Positions 32,705 through 45,516 are shown, counted from the first letter of the whole stretch. The stretch is DNA of 60,977 bases, filler included, from Rhizaria sp. SCN 62-66 (GCA_001724265.1; 4 parts of 4 records of this genome joined end to end with filler, not necessarily neighbours in it); one strand, 5' to 3'. The notes: generated from the sequence alone by a model not told the origin. Made by a program: numbers and translations.

Positions 32705-35700
32705 TTAGCCGTCCATGAACGCCTCGATGTCGATGGTCGTCGCGTCCGGCAGCTCCTCCAGATCGTCGCTGCCGTTGCGGCCGCCCGCGCGGCTGCTGGA
32801 GCGCGCGCCGACCACGTCCGCGTTGCTCCCGCTCGTCGCACGCGCAGTGAACGTGTTGACGCGCGTCACGGCGCCGTACACGCTGTTGCTTCTGCCGCCG
32901 CTGCCGGCCGCGGTGGGGCTGCCGGCAGTGGCGCCCCGGGTGACCGCGCCCGACGCGCTGCCGGCGCCCGCGTTGTTGCTGTTGCTGTTGCTGTTGATGT
33001 TGCTGTAGCTGTTGTAGTTGTTCATGTTCGTCGAGGAGGTGATGACCGGGGAGCCCGAGGCTGTGGAAGGCGCAGTGCGCGCGAGCGTGGCCGCCGAGAC
33101 CGCGGCGGCGACGGCGTCGCTCGACAGCGGCACAGGGGCCACCGCGCCGCCCGCCGCCGAGAGCGCCGGCGACGGGACCACCGACGGCGCAGCAGCAGCT
33201 GCGGCGGCGGCGCCGGCGGCAGCGGAGGCCGGAGAGCCCGCGGCGGCGACGGCCCAGTCCGTGGCGACGACGCCGAGGCCCTTGACGGCGCGCGCGGCGG
33301 CGCGGGGCGCGTCGGTGGCGCAGAGCACGGCGCCCAGCGTCACGCGCGCGGTTGCGGGCTGACGGCGCAGCGCGCGCGCCCACCCGCACGCGGCCGACCC
33401 GGCGCAGCGCGCAGGAGCCGACGCAGAGGCGGAGACAGAGGCAGACGCAGAGGCTGAGGCTGAGGCTGAGCCGGCCACAGTGATTGCAGAGTCAGTACCA
33501 GTCGCAGTGGCGGCGGCGTCGGAGGCGGAGATAGCGGGGGTGATGACGAGCCAGTGTGTGACGCGCTTGGCCGCGGCGGGCGCGACGCCGGCGGGCCATG
33601 CAATGCCTCCGATCGCCGCGGCGGCGTCAATGCTCGAGTCGGCGCTGGCGCTGGCGCAGACGGGGTCGCCCGCGACCGCGGCGACGATGGCGGGCAGAGG
33701 GAGCCCGGCGACCATTGCGGCGGACTCGGCCTCGGCGCGCGCGAAGCCAGCGATGGCGGCGGCGACGGCGGCGTCGGCGTCGGTGTCCACGGCCACCACT
33801 AGCACGCCCCACACGGCGCGCGCGCACGCGGCTGCGGCCGCCGCGGCGGGGGCCGACACCGGCACGGGCATCAGTGCACGCTCGACCAGTGCGCGCGCGA
33901 CGGTGCGCAGCGCCGCGCGGGTCTGCGCCGCGCCGGCCTCCGCATCGGCCTCTGCCTTGGCGGCGCGCGCGGCCTCCGCGTCCTCCTCGTCTTCGTCCTC
34001 GTCTTCGTCCTCGTCGTTGTCTTCGTCGTCGGCGTTGTCCGCTGCAGCTGTGTCGCCGTCGTTGTGGTCGTCGCCGTCATCGTCGCTGTCGTCCTCCTCT
34101 TGCTCGAGCTCGGCCGGGCGAGGCGACTTAGCTTTCTGCTTGCGCGCCTTCTTGGCCGCCGCCGCAGCCGTCGCCGCGTGCTTGCGCGCCGCCCGCGCCG
34201 CGGGGACCGTGGGCAGCAGCGCGGGCGTGCCGCCGCCGGTGACGGTACGCGCGAGCGCGGGCGCCAGTGCCGCCCACGAACGAGGCCACTGCAGACTGAG
34301 CGGCAGGACCGAGCCCGCGAACAACGCGCTCGCGCCACCGCTGCCGCTGTTGTTGCTGTTGTTCGCGGCCGACTTCATCATCGTCATCGTCGTCATGACG
34401 CCGGCGCTAGAGGCGTTGCCGTAGCCAGCGGCAGTGCTGGCGTCCGCGGCCCCCGCGCCGGCGTCGCTGCCCGACGAAGTCATGTTGAGGCCGGCGCCGG
34501 CGCCGGCGCCGCTGTTTCTCCGCGCGGCCGCGTGGCTGAAGTAATAGCGCAGCCGCAGCGACGCGAGCGCGAGCAGCGCGGCGCGCAGAGCCGGCGAGCG
34601 GGGCGCCGAGGCCACGGCCACGGCCACGCGGCGCGGCAGCGGCACGGGCACCAGGGTGCCGGGGGTTGTCGTCGCGGCCGCGCCCACGCCCGCGGCCATA
34701 AGGCACCCGGGGCTGCCAGCGCCAGCGCCATAGCCAGAGCCAGAGATGGAGCCGGAGGAGGATCTGGAGACGGAGCCGGCGTTGATGCCGCCCGCGGTGG
34801 CGGTAGCGTTGGCGAACGAGAGCGCGATGGGCGAGAGCAGCAGCGCGAGAGCGGGCATGAGCACCGTCACAGTCGACTTGGCGTACAGAGGCTTGCGCGC
34901 GCGCGCGGCGGCCGCGGAAGCCGCGGCGGTGGCCGAGGTGGAGGCCGAGAGCGTGCGCGACGAGCCCGAGGCTGAGAGCACGACGGAGCGCGTGCGGGAC
35001 ACCGAGACCTCGCTCTCGCTCTCACCGTGCTGCGTCGCGATGCTCGTGCTGTCGTCGGCGGACGCCTCCGCGTCGTCGCCGTCAGCGCCGCCGTCGTGGT
35101 TGTTGTGGTTCGCCTCGTCGTCGTCGTCATCATAGTCGTCGTCGTCGTCGTCGTCGAACTGCTGGATCATGGCCGGCGGGTACCGGCCTGCGCCCGCCGC
35201 GGCTGCGGCCGCCACCGCTGCGGCCGCCGCGGCTGCGGCGAGGGCAGGGTGCTGCGGGGGGTCCAGCGCAAGCATCGCGGGCGCCGCGGCGGCGGCCGAG
35301 GCGGCAGCAGCGGCGGCAGCAGCAGCAGCGGCGGCCGAGGCAGCGGCGGCAGCGGCGGCGGCGGCGGCGGCCGAGGCCGAGGGGGGTGCGATCGCAGACG
35401 CCGCGGCGGCCGCGGCGACCGAGGGCGTGGCGATGCTCGCGCGCTTGAACTTCTGCTTGAGCGCGCCGGCGAGCCCGCCGAGCTTGGCCTTAAGCGTCGA
35501 GTGGCCCGTCAGCTGCGGCGACGCCGCGGCGGCTGCGGCTGCGGCCGCGGCATCGGCGTCGGCGGCCGCTGCGGCTGCGGCTGCGGCGGCCACGTCAGCG
35601 ATGGCGTCGGGGAAGGCCTGCGGGGAGAAGAGGTCCATCGCGGCGGCGGCAGCAGCGGCGCCCGCAGCGGCGGTGGCCACGGCGGCCGCAGAGGCCGAGT

Positions 35701-38700
35701 TGCCAGCGCCGCCGCCGCCGCTGTTGTTGATGTTCGTGTCGTAGACGGGGGGCGTGGCGCTGACGCCGCTGGTGTTGGAGCTGCTGCCGGCGTTAGTGGT
35801 GCTGCCGAGGTTGTTGCCCATAGTAGGGACATGGGGGATCATCACCGGGGCCAGGTTCGCGGGCGGCTGCACCCCGCTCGAGCTCGAGGTGTTGCTGCTG
35901 CTGTTGCCGAGCAGGACCGAGCCGAGCCAGCCGCGCTTCTTGACCGGGACGCCGGCCGCGATGGCGCACTCATCGCACTTGCTGACGTTGCCGCCCAGCC
36001 CGGTCCCGGGCCCGTGGCCCGCGCCGCCCAGCGCGAGGCCGGCCGCGGCGGCGAGCGCGTGCAGCGCCGCGAAGGGCGCGGCGGCGAGCGCGACCGAGGG
36101 GAATTGGTGCTCGATCAGCAGCATCGCCAGCGCCAGCGCGGGCCCGCCCGGCTGCACCGCCGGATCCAGGAGCGGCGCGGCGGCGCGGCTCAGCGCGGCG
36201 GGCGCGGCGTTGGCGCCGCCGTGACCCGAGCCCGCGACGCTGCCGTCGGCGCCCGCGCCAGACTCGGACGCAGCGCCGTCGTCGTTGCCGCTCGCGTTCG
36301 CAGCGGCGGCGGCGGCGGCGGCGTGGGACAGCGTGCCGCTGCTGGTGCCGGCGGGCGCGTTGGCGGGCGCGGCGGGCGCGTCGCCGTAGACGCAGATACG
36401 CAGCGCGCCCTTGGCGGGCGTGAGCGCGGCGATCATGTCCGCGCAGTCCATGGGCGACGAGAGGATCTGCGGCGGCACGTTCACGGCGCCCGGGAGCCGC
36501 GCCTGCGCAAAGCGCGCGGGCGCGCGGCAGTCGAGCAGCAGGTGGTGCGGGCGGCCGGGCGCGGCGACGGCGGCGGCGGCGCAGGCGGCGGCGACGGCGA
36601 CGGCGGGGGACACGGCGGGCGCGGCGGCGGGGTCGGGTGCGTTGTCGAGTGCGGCCGTCGTAGCGGCGCCGACACCCTGCGCGATGAGCTCGTCCGCAGA
36701 CAGGATCAGACAAGGCCGGTTGGCCAGCGTGGCCGCCACGGCGTCGGGCGAGTGCGCGTCGGCGCCGCTGCTCGCGGACCCGGCGCCGTTGCTGCCGCCG
36801 CCGTTGCCGCCGGTGCTGTTGCTGCACTGCGGCGCGGGGTAGGGCGGGTTGACGCCGAGCATGAGCGTGACGCGGTGCAGTGCCAGCAGCGCCGACACGG
36901 GCGTGACGGCCCGCAGCGAGCGCGCGCGCGACAGCGCCGCGTCGACTTGCGACGGCGAGCGGAACACGAGGCCCTTGGTCACGAGCTCCGGCAGCGACAC
37001 CTTGGGTTCCGAGAAAATGGCCTCGCGCGCCGAGATGAGGAGCGCGAGCGAGATGAAGATGTGGAACAGCGGGTCGTTGCTGAGCTCGAGGAAGATGGCG
37101 TCCCACAGCGCCGCGGTCGCGGGGATGGTCGCCAGGCTGAACGAGACGAAAAATCACAAAAAAGGTGATATATATCACAAGAGGAATGAGAGTTCATGAG
37201 ATCTTTTTAAGTAAATTATGAATTAGTCAAGTTGTCAAAAGTATTCGATTGTTTTAGTCCATGGTGCGCGAATTATACTTCGCAGCGCAATATATCCAAT
37301 CTAGAGACGTACCGCGCACGCGAGGCGTGAAGCGTGAGCACCCACGAGGACGCATACGCCTCGGGCCCCAGGTCCGAGTCGTCGAGGTGCGCCGCCAGCG
37401 TCGGGTCCAGGTACTGCAGCAGCAGCCGCAGCAGCGAGAGCGAGCACTGCAGCGGCGCGTAGTCGTCGCACGCGTACAGCGCGCAGACGGTGCGTGACAC
37501 GAGCGAGCGCAGCGTGAGCAGCATGGGCAGCGAGCAGGCCGTCAGGTGGGACGTCAGGCCGCGCAGCAGCAGCGCGGACTGCGGCGAGAACGGGGCCGCC
37601 GCCGCCGCCGCTGCTGCGACAGCGCCAGAGCCAGCGCCAGCGCCGGAGTCGGAGGACGCGGCAGGGACGACCGAAGTGTTGTGGCTGTGGCTGTTGTTGT
37701 AGTGGGCCGGCAGCGCGAGCCCAAAGGTGGGCCCGTAGCCGGTGAGCGCGGCGGCGTCGAGCGAGAGCACGGGGTCCACAAAGCAGCTCTTGGCGACGGG
37801 GACGCCGGCCGTGACCGTGGTCGTCAGAGTCATGTTGAGCGCGCCGAGCGCGCTGCCCGTGCCCGCCGCGGTGAGGAATGTGGCGCTGCTGCTGGTCGTC
37901 GTCGCGACCGTGCTGCTGCCGCCGACATCGCCGCCGGCAGCGTTGGTGCTCCGGCCATCGCTGCCGTTGTTGTTGTGGTTACCGCTGCTGCCGTCAGCGG
38001 CCGCGCCCTGGACGGGGCTGTGGCTGCGGCTGTGCACAGTCACCGTCGTCGTCGTCGTCGTCATCGTCGTCGTCGTCGCCGTCACGGTCACCTGATGTTG
38101 CGACTGCGACAGCGGCTGCAGGTGCTGCTTGTAGATGGCGGGAAACATGTACCCGCTGACGCCGACGCTGCCGAGGCCGCCGCTGCCTCCGCTGCCGGCC
38201 ACCGCCGCCGCCGAGGCCGCGGCCGCCGAGGCTGCCGTGAGCTCAGCCAGCGCCAGCGACATGAGTCCCTCGAGCGGGGACGGGGACGGGCTGGCGCCGA
38301 GACTGGCCGCAGTGCCGCTGCCGGTCAGTGAGGGCGCGCCGGGGCAAGGGTAGAGGCTCGAGGTGCCGAGGCTCTTGGCGACGCACGGCAAGTACGACAG
38401 CAGGATGGGCGCCAACAGGTAGTTTAGGCCCTGCTTGTAGGCCACTGCGCCCGCGACCGAGCCGCAACCAGCACTGGCGCTGGCGCTAGCAGTGGGGGAG
38501 ATGCACCCGTTCTTAGCGGTCCCCGAGCTGCTGCTGTTGCTGCTGCTGCTGGTGTTGTGTGGGTAGGCAAGGACGCAGAAGCGGAGGAGCGCGAGCTGGA
38601 TCTGGTGCAGCAGCGGCGGGAAGGCGAAGAAGGGCGCGAACGGCAGCGTGCGCGGCGCGTCGGCGGCGACGGTGCGCAAGTTCGCGCGGTCACACGGCCG

Positions 38701-41700
38701 CATCGGCTCGGGCTCCACGAGCTCCAGGGGCTCCAGGGCCGCAGGGGACGCACTCGCAGGCACTGTTGCAGGCGCAGGCACAACAGCCGCACTGCCGGGG
38801 TTGTCGCTCTTGGCGGCAGCGGCAGCGTCGCCACTGGGGTCCGAGGGCGAGGAAGTGAGCTGTGACAGCGATAGAGAGGGGGCGGGGGCCGAGGCCGAGG
38901 AATAGGACGCCGGCGGCGACAGCGTCAGCGACTGCGTTGTCGACTGAGACTGTGTCGACTGTGAGGCCTGCGACTGCGAGGCGGGCAGCGAGATCACCGC
39001 GCCAGCATCCACACTCGTGTTGGCGCCGTTTGAACTCGCACCAGAGCCAGAAGCAGAGCCAGAGCCGGAGCCGGAGCCGGAGTTGGAGGTCGAGTGCAGC
39101 GCGAGCGCCGCGGCGGCCGCGGCCGAGGCGGCGGCCTGCTTGCGGTGCTCCCACAGCAGCGTCAGTAGCGACAACAGCGGCGCCGGCGGCCGGCGGCTGC
39201 CCTGGCCCAGTCCGCCGCCGCCGCCGCCACTGCCGCCGCTGCGGCCGCCGGAGCCGGGACGCGAGCCGGAGCCGGAGCGGGCGCTGTGGCGGCTGCGGGC
39301 GCCGCTGCGGGCGCTGCTGAGGTCGGTGCCGACCGAGTCCGCGTCGTAGTCGTCGTCGTCGTCGCCGTCGTCGTGACCGGCGCCGGTGTCGTTGTCGGCG
39401 TTGTCATCGAAGTCGACGTCAAAGTCGCTGCCGGCGGTGTCGTCCCCGTTCGCGTTGCCGCTGCCGCTGCCACCGTTGCTGTTGCTGTTGCTATTGCTGT
39501 TGCCGCTGTTGGCGCCGTTGCGCGAGCTGCCGGCGCGCCGCGTGCGGCTGTGGCGGCCGCCGCGGCCACCGCGGCCCACCGCCACGTTGCTGTAGTGGTT
39601 GCGGCCCGAGTTGTCGGCATTGTCGCCATCGCCGTGGCCGCCCAGCAGCGCCTCGGCCAGCCCCGCGGCCGCCGTGGAGTCGTCGTGCGCGCCGTGGCCA
39701 TGGTCGTGGCCGTGGCCGCTGACGTTATGGGCGCGGTCCCCGTCGTGCTCGGCGTCCACGTCGTGGTCGGTGAAGCTGTTGCTGTTGCTGCGGGGCGCGT
39801 TTCTGCCGTTGCCGCTGAGCGCGCCGGCCTTGCTGCTGTTGTTGTGAAGCGAGGACGGTGACAGCAGCGCTTCGTGGTCGTGGCTCAGACTGACGTCGAG
39901 CGCGCCGACGCTGAGGCCGACGCCGCTCACGCCTGCGGCGGCGCCCGCAGTAGCGCTCGTGCCGCCGCTGCCATTACCGCTGCTGCCGTGGGCGCCGTTG
40001 CGGGAGCGAGTCCGGCTCTGGCTGCGGCTGCGGCTCCGGCTGCGGCTCTTACGGCGCGCCGACGACGCCTGTTGCTGCTGCTGGTTGTTGTTACCGCTGT
40101 ACTGCAGCGACTGGGACGGGGACGCGAGCGAGGGCACCGACGAGAGCAGGTCGCTGAGTCCGCTGGCGTGCCCGAAGCCCAGTTGCGGCACCGCGCCGTG
40201 CCGCGGCGAGTCCAGCGCTGCCGCCGCCGCCGCTGAGGATGGGGTGGCGAGGTGTGACTGTGAGCCCGAGCCGAAGCCCGAGCGGCGGCGCCGGTGGTGC
40301 TCACGCCCGCTCCGCCCCCCGTGGCCGTGACCGTTGCCGTCTCTGGTGTCGCGGCCCGTGCTGTCGTAGTCGTTGGAGCGCGCGGTCGAGTCCCAGTTGA
40401 CCGTCGGGGTCATGCCCAGATTGTTGCTGCCGCTGCTGGGACCGTGGGCCGAGGCCGAGTCGAGCAGGCTGCTGACGGGCACCTCGTCGCCTTGATGTGG
40501 CTGCCCACGGTCGCCTCCCAGCATCAGCCCCGCGCCGGTGGCCGGCCCGCGGGCCCTGGCGGGGCCGGCGCCGCTGTGATGCCGACGCGCGCGGCCCCTC
40601 TGGCTCGCCGTGCTCGTCGTGTTGTTGCTGTTGCTGGGAGCGCCGTTGCTACTGTTGCTATGCCGGGGGCGGGGGCGCGGGCGCGGGCGCGGGCGCGCGA
40701 AGGCGCGGCGGAGTGCGGCCGAAGCGGTGTAGAGGGCGAAGCCCCACCACACGTCGTCGTCAAAGCCGCACGCGCACGCGCACTGACACCCGAAGCCGCT
40801 CACCGCTGCAGCAGCAGTACTGGCGGCCGAGGTGTTTGCACCTGAGCTCGTATGCGCGCTGCCGAGGTTGGTCGGCGAGGGAGCGGGGGAGACGTTGGGG
40901 GAGCTGGACGCCGAGCGGGCGTTGTTGGCGTGGTTGCTGTTGTTGCAGAGACATGGGCACGCGCACACCGCCTCGGCCCATAGCAGCGAGGCGGGGGCGG
41001 CGCCGGCCAGCGCGCCCCACACGGCGCCGCGGAGGCGCGCGGGCACGCCGTGCGAGGAGCAGAGGCGGACCACGGTCGACTGCGACTGCAGCTGCCGCGG
41101 CGGCAGCGGCAGCAGGCGCACGCGGCGCGGCCCGCGCGCGCTGCCGGCGTGAGAGGACGCGTTTGCATTAGTATTCGCGCCGTCGGGCTCGGCGCTGCTG
41201 TTGGTCGCCGTGAGCAAGTTGTTGTTGCTGCTGTTGTTGTTGTCAGAGCAAGCGCTGGGGCCGGCGGGGCAGGGGCGGAACGAAGGCGGCAGCAGCCACG
41301 CCAGCGGGCCGGAGACGGCGTCGGCGGTGAAGCCCCCGGCACCTACACTGACACTCGCACTAGAGTTGGCGCTGGAGCTGGCCGCAGTGGCGCTGGCGCT
41401 CACGTTGTTGCTCGGCCCCACCGGGACCAAGGCGGTGCTCAGGTTGCAGCTGTTGCTGCTGCTGTCGGTCAGTGGGTTGGAACTGGCGCTGACGCGGGCG
41501 CGGGCGCGGGCGACGACGCGCGCGACGGCGGCGGCGGCGGCGGGCGTGGCAGGAATGGGCAGCGCGTCGCCGAGCAGCAGGAACGAGGCTGTGAGCCCGG
41601 TCAGCGTGATCGTGGGCACCGCCGCGGGCACCGTGGGTGCGGGCAGGGTGACCGTGGGCAGCGCAGCACCGTGCGCGGCAGCGGTGAAGCCCGCGTCGTG

Positions 41701-42882
41701 GGCTGCATCATCGTTGTTGTTGTCGCCGTCAAGCGACGACGTCGCCTGTTGCTTCGCGCCCGATTGACCGTTGCCGTTGCTGATGTTGATAGCGCTAGTG
41801 CCGACCGCCCACGTCCTGGCCTCGGCGACGGCGGCGGCAGCGTCCGGCGTGGCGAACAGCTCGTGCACCAGCGAAAGCTCGATGGACCAGGGCGCGTCGC
41901 AGGAAAGCCACGCCATGCGCGGGGCAGCGGTCGCCGCGGCCACGGCGGCGGCCACGGCGGCCGCGCTGTGGCTGCGCGCGGCGAGGTCGGCGCTGGCGCC
42001 GGTGCTGTCTCCATAGGTGAAGCCGGAGCCTGAGGCCGAGGCGGACAGCGGGCTGGTGGCTGTGAAGGCGCTGGTGTTGACCGCAGCAGCCGCAGCAGAA
42101 TTGCCGCTGTTGTTGTTATTGCTAGTGCCAGGGGTGGGGACGGGCGAGCTGACGACCGCGGGCGAGGTGAAGTGCTCCAGCGAGAGCGTGTGCGGCGCCA
42201 GACCAGTGTAGTCAGTCCCCGCCGCGCTCGCACTGGTCGTTGCAGTCCCACTGGCAGCGGCTCTCGCAGTGGCGGCGGTGGGGGTGGGGATCTGTCCGAC
42301 GAGAACACCGTTCGCGCTGATCCCAGAGGCGGAAGCCACCGCGTTCGCCGCCGCAGAGGCCGGGACATGGAGTGTCTGCAACTGCGACTGACTGGACGCG
42401 GACGTGTACGACGACGCGAGCGTGGAGGCGTCCTCGGCGCCCGCCGCCGCCGCGGCCGCGTTGGCCGTCGCCGCAGCGGCCTCGGTGTCGACCTTCTTGG
42501 CCAGCGCGACGAGCTCGAGCCAGGCGGCCGAGGTGGCGTCGAAGATGATCCCGTCGGGGCGCGCCGCGACGGCCGCGCGTAGCAGCCGCTCGCGATAGTC
42601 GGGCAGCGTTGTGGCGCGCGACGCGCAGCGGGCCGCGATCTGCGGGTATGTGAACCGCTTCAGCGCCGAGGCGGGGATTAGTGCGAGGGCCTCGGGGGAC
42701 AGAGGGCGGATCGGGCCGCTGGGGGTGTCCTGGAACTAAGGCACCGCGGCCGAGGCGGCGCCCGCGGCGGCGGCTGAGGTCGGCAGCGACGCTGACATGG
42801 GCGCAGAAGCTGATGTTGTGGTAGCTGTCGCTGCAGCCTGAGCTGAGTTCGGCGTTCGCGGACGCGAGGGCGGGCGCGACAT
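32705..42882 (-). CDS. TBC (Rab-GAP) + rhodanese-domain protein, TBC1D23-like, about 3333 aa (2 exons: 42882-37313, 37136-32705); in-frame TAG at codon 49 (42736-42738)
   Basis: TBC motifs: GVPARLRGAVW, VAADAPRTLP, YKQGLNYLLAP, LLLQYLDPTLAAHL...YASSWVLTL and ALWDAIF..DPLFHIFISLALLISARE. Rhodanese motif: LLLDCRAPARFAQARLPGAVNV. One GTACG..CAG phase-2 intron; stop is TAA. The frame continues about 500 nt upstream of the ORF-track start, through a TAG, to ATG 42882. Confidence 0.8.
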
Positions 42883-43597
42883 GGGGGCGCGCCGGAGCGG
42901 AAGCGTGAGACAGGCGGGGGGCGCGGGGCAAGGGTGGGGTCTGGGACGGGCGCGGGCACGGCTGGGAGCTGGCGGGCGCGGAGGGTGCTAGGAAAGGGAG
43001 TGGGGAAAGTGGCCGCACGGGAGAGGGTTTTTCTCGGGAAAAGCTAAGTCAGAAGAGATATGGTAGAAGTATAGTAATGTTGAGAAAATATTTCATGCGT
43101 TGATATCAGCCACATGTGATCATAAGCTGGAACATATGCTGATATTGAGGGGAAAGTGGAGGCAAACTGAGACGTCATCGCTGAGATACGTCGCATTATC
43201 ATGGCCCCATGCGCCCCTACGAGGAGCCCTGGGATAAACATCTTTCTGCATACTCATCAAAATCTCATCGCATAAAGCTTTGTCGATGAATGAATCCTAT
43301 TGACGACGTTTGAATCGCTCCTTGATGTAAAATCTTGGCACCTGACCCTTCCTCACGCCAACCGCTCACGAACGAGGGACGCTTTTTTTGCGAACACACA
43401 GTGCTAGCTGTTGCTTGCTCGCGGGCAACGGCTCAAACTTTTGAGTGAGGTGAGGCCCAGAGCACGAGCTTAGTCTTTGTTCCGAGACGCCGTAGACAGC
43501 GTACTTGCTTGATTATTCAGAAATACCCTGTTGAGGTGTATTGATATTTCTTTTTACACATCACCAGCTAGCGTCTGGCCTGCTACTCCACGAGCCA

Positions 43598-44888
43598 ATG
43601 TCGACCGGTACGTGCTCTCGAACAAGCAACTCTTCTTTCACATTTGACCATGCTAAACACTTTCTTTTTGCAAGGTTGCGAAATGTTATCATTGCTCATA
43701 TGCACGTTGTGTTTTTATTGTTACAATTTTCCTTCTTGTTTATTCTACACTCATTTGACTGCCTTGGATACCTTACGCGCTTCAAACTCACGTTCAACCA
43801 TTGAGTTTACTCGCTGGTCTTGCTCTGCTTTGTGATCACGCTATACTTCTTCCCATATAGACCCTGCTAATGAGGCGAACAGCCCTCAGAGCCCTGAGTT
43901 TCCTGAGAGCTCTGCTGACCTCAAAATCATTCTTCTTGGCGACTCCGCCGTCGGCAAGTCCAAGCTCGTCGAGCGCTTTCTTCTTGACGACTACAAGCCT
44001 TTCCAACTGGTACGTCCAGCAGCATATATCTTTGCTATTAGGCATTATTTCTACATCTGACATGCATAATATTCATTAGTTTTGCTGTAGTTGACTATAT
44101 CTTTTGTATATCTCAATGATCTCGACCAATGTGTCACAACCATTTTCTCATCGCTTTGGCTCGCCTTTCTTCCCTTGTTATGCCATTGTCGCTTCTGTAT
44201 CATCCAGTCGACCTATGCGCTGACAGTGTTCCGTCACGAGATGCGTTTCCCCGGCGCGTCCGCCCCCGTGAACATCGAGTTCTGGGACACAGCGGGCCAG
44301 GAGCGCTTTGCGTCGATGCACCCGTCGTACTACCACCGCGCGCACGCGTGCATTATGGTCTTCGACGTCACGCGCAAGGATACCTACACCAATCTCGCCG
44401 GCTGGTACCGCGAGCTGCAGACGTACCGCAAGGGCATCCCCATCCTTGTCGTCGCCAACAAGGTTGACTGCAACCCCAAGGCGGCGTCCAAGCCCTTCCA
44501 GTTCACGGACAAGCGCGGGCTGCCCAAGGTGCGCTTCTGCTCGGCCTCGGACGGGACCAATGTCGTCTCCACCTTCACCGATATTGTCAAGATGGCGCTG
44601 CTCAAGAAGCGCGAGACCGCGATCGGGCGCGCGGGCGCCGGCGTGGCGGGGGAGATTGACATCGACGCGCTCACGGTCGATGGCGTCGACATGACCATGT
44701 TCGGCGGCGGTGGCGGCGGCGGCAGCAGCGGTGCGAGTGGCGTCTCGGCGGGGGCGAACGGCGCCGCGGGGACGGGCCGTGGCATGAGTACCGTTGGCGA
44801 CGATGAGCAGGAGTTCCTGGATGAGGTGCTTGCGACCCTCGAGTATTTCGAGACCAAGGACCCTGTGGCGCCCGGCGCCGCTGAGTAA
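43598..44888 (+). CDS. RABL2: Rab-like GTPase RABL2 (ciliary/IFT-associated) (3 exons: 43598-43607, 43861-44009, 44208-44888)
   Basis: KIILLGDSAVGKSKLVERFL..YKPFQLSTYALT, FWDTAGQERFASMHPSYYHRAHACIMVFDVTRK, NKVD and SASDGTNVV. No C-terminal prenylation Cys. Stop is TAA. Confidence 0.9.
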
Positions 44889-45318
44889 GCAAAACACGAA
44901 AGAGAGCAAAACAAACGAGAAACTCTCTGCTCTTGTTCACAAACACCTGTGTAAATTTGACAGCAATAACAATAATATCATTATTTTTAGAAGTAACATA
45001 GTATGAACCAACGATTTTATATAACAGTCCTTACAATAGAAAACAAACAAGATGATTTACAACAACATTCCAAGTGCATACGAAGACAAGCATATGAAAC
45101 ATAGTTGTTTTTTTTTTTTTGAGGATTTGGGAGAGTCTATTGTGTCTAGTCTAGATCAGCCTAAGTATGGAGTATTAAAATACAAGTGTTTCGCTTATAC
45201 CACAACATTGAGTCAACTTCAACACTACTATGTCAGCGTACTGACAACGAAGTTATGACATGCGACACGACGCTGTTGAACGCAAATGAGTTCCAAGTCA
45301 GTCAGACGAGCGGGTCAT

Positions 45319-45415
45319 TTACTTGGCACGGGCGAGGACGCCGTCCATCTCGGCGACCTTACGCTTGGCGCGGAGGTGGGCACCGAGGCGCTGCTTGGCG
45401 TACTTGTACGCACGC
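45319..45415 (-). CDS. RPL36: 60S ribosomal protein eL36, C-terminal fragment cut by contig end
   Basis: RAYKYAKQRLGAHLRAKRKVAEMDGVLARAK* matches the eL36 pattern RALK..K.RLG.H.RAKRK..EM. Stop is TAA. Confidence 0.85.
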
Positions 45416-45515
45416 NNNNNNNNNNNNNNNNNNNNNNNNNNNNNNNNNNNNNNNNNNNNTTAATTAATTAANNNNNNNNNNNNNNNNNNNNNNNNNNNNN
45501 NNNNNNNNNNNNNNN
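45416..45515. other. Artificial contig-joining spacer
   Basis: 44 N + TTAATTAATTAA + 44 N. Confidence 0.97.
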
Positions 45516-45516
45516 C

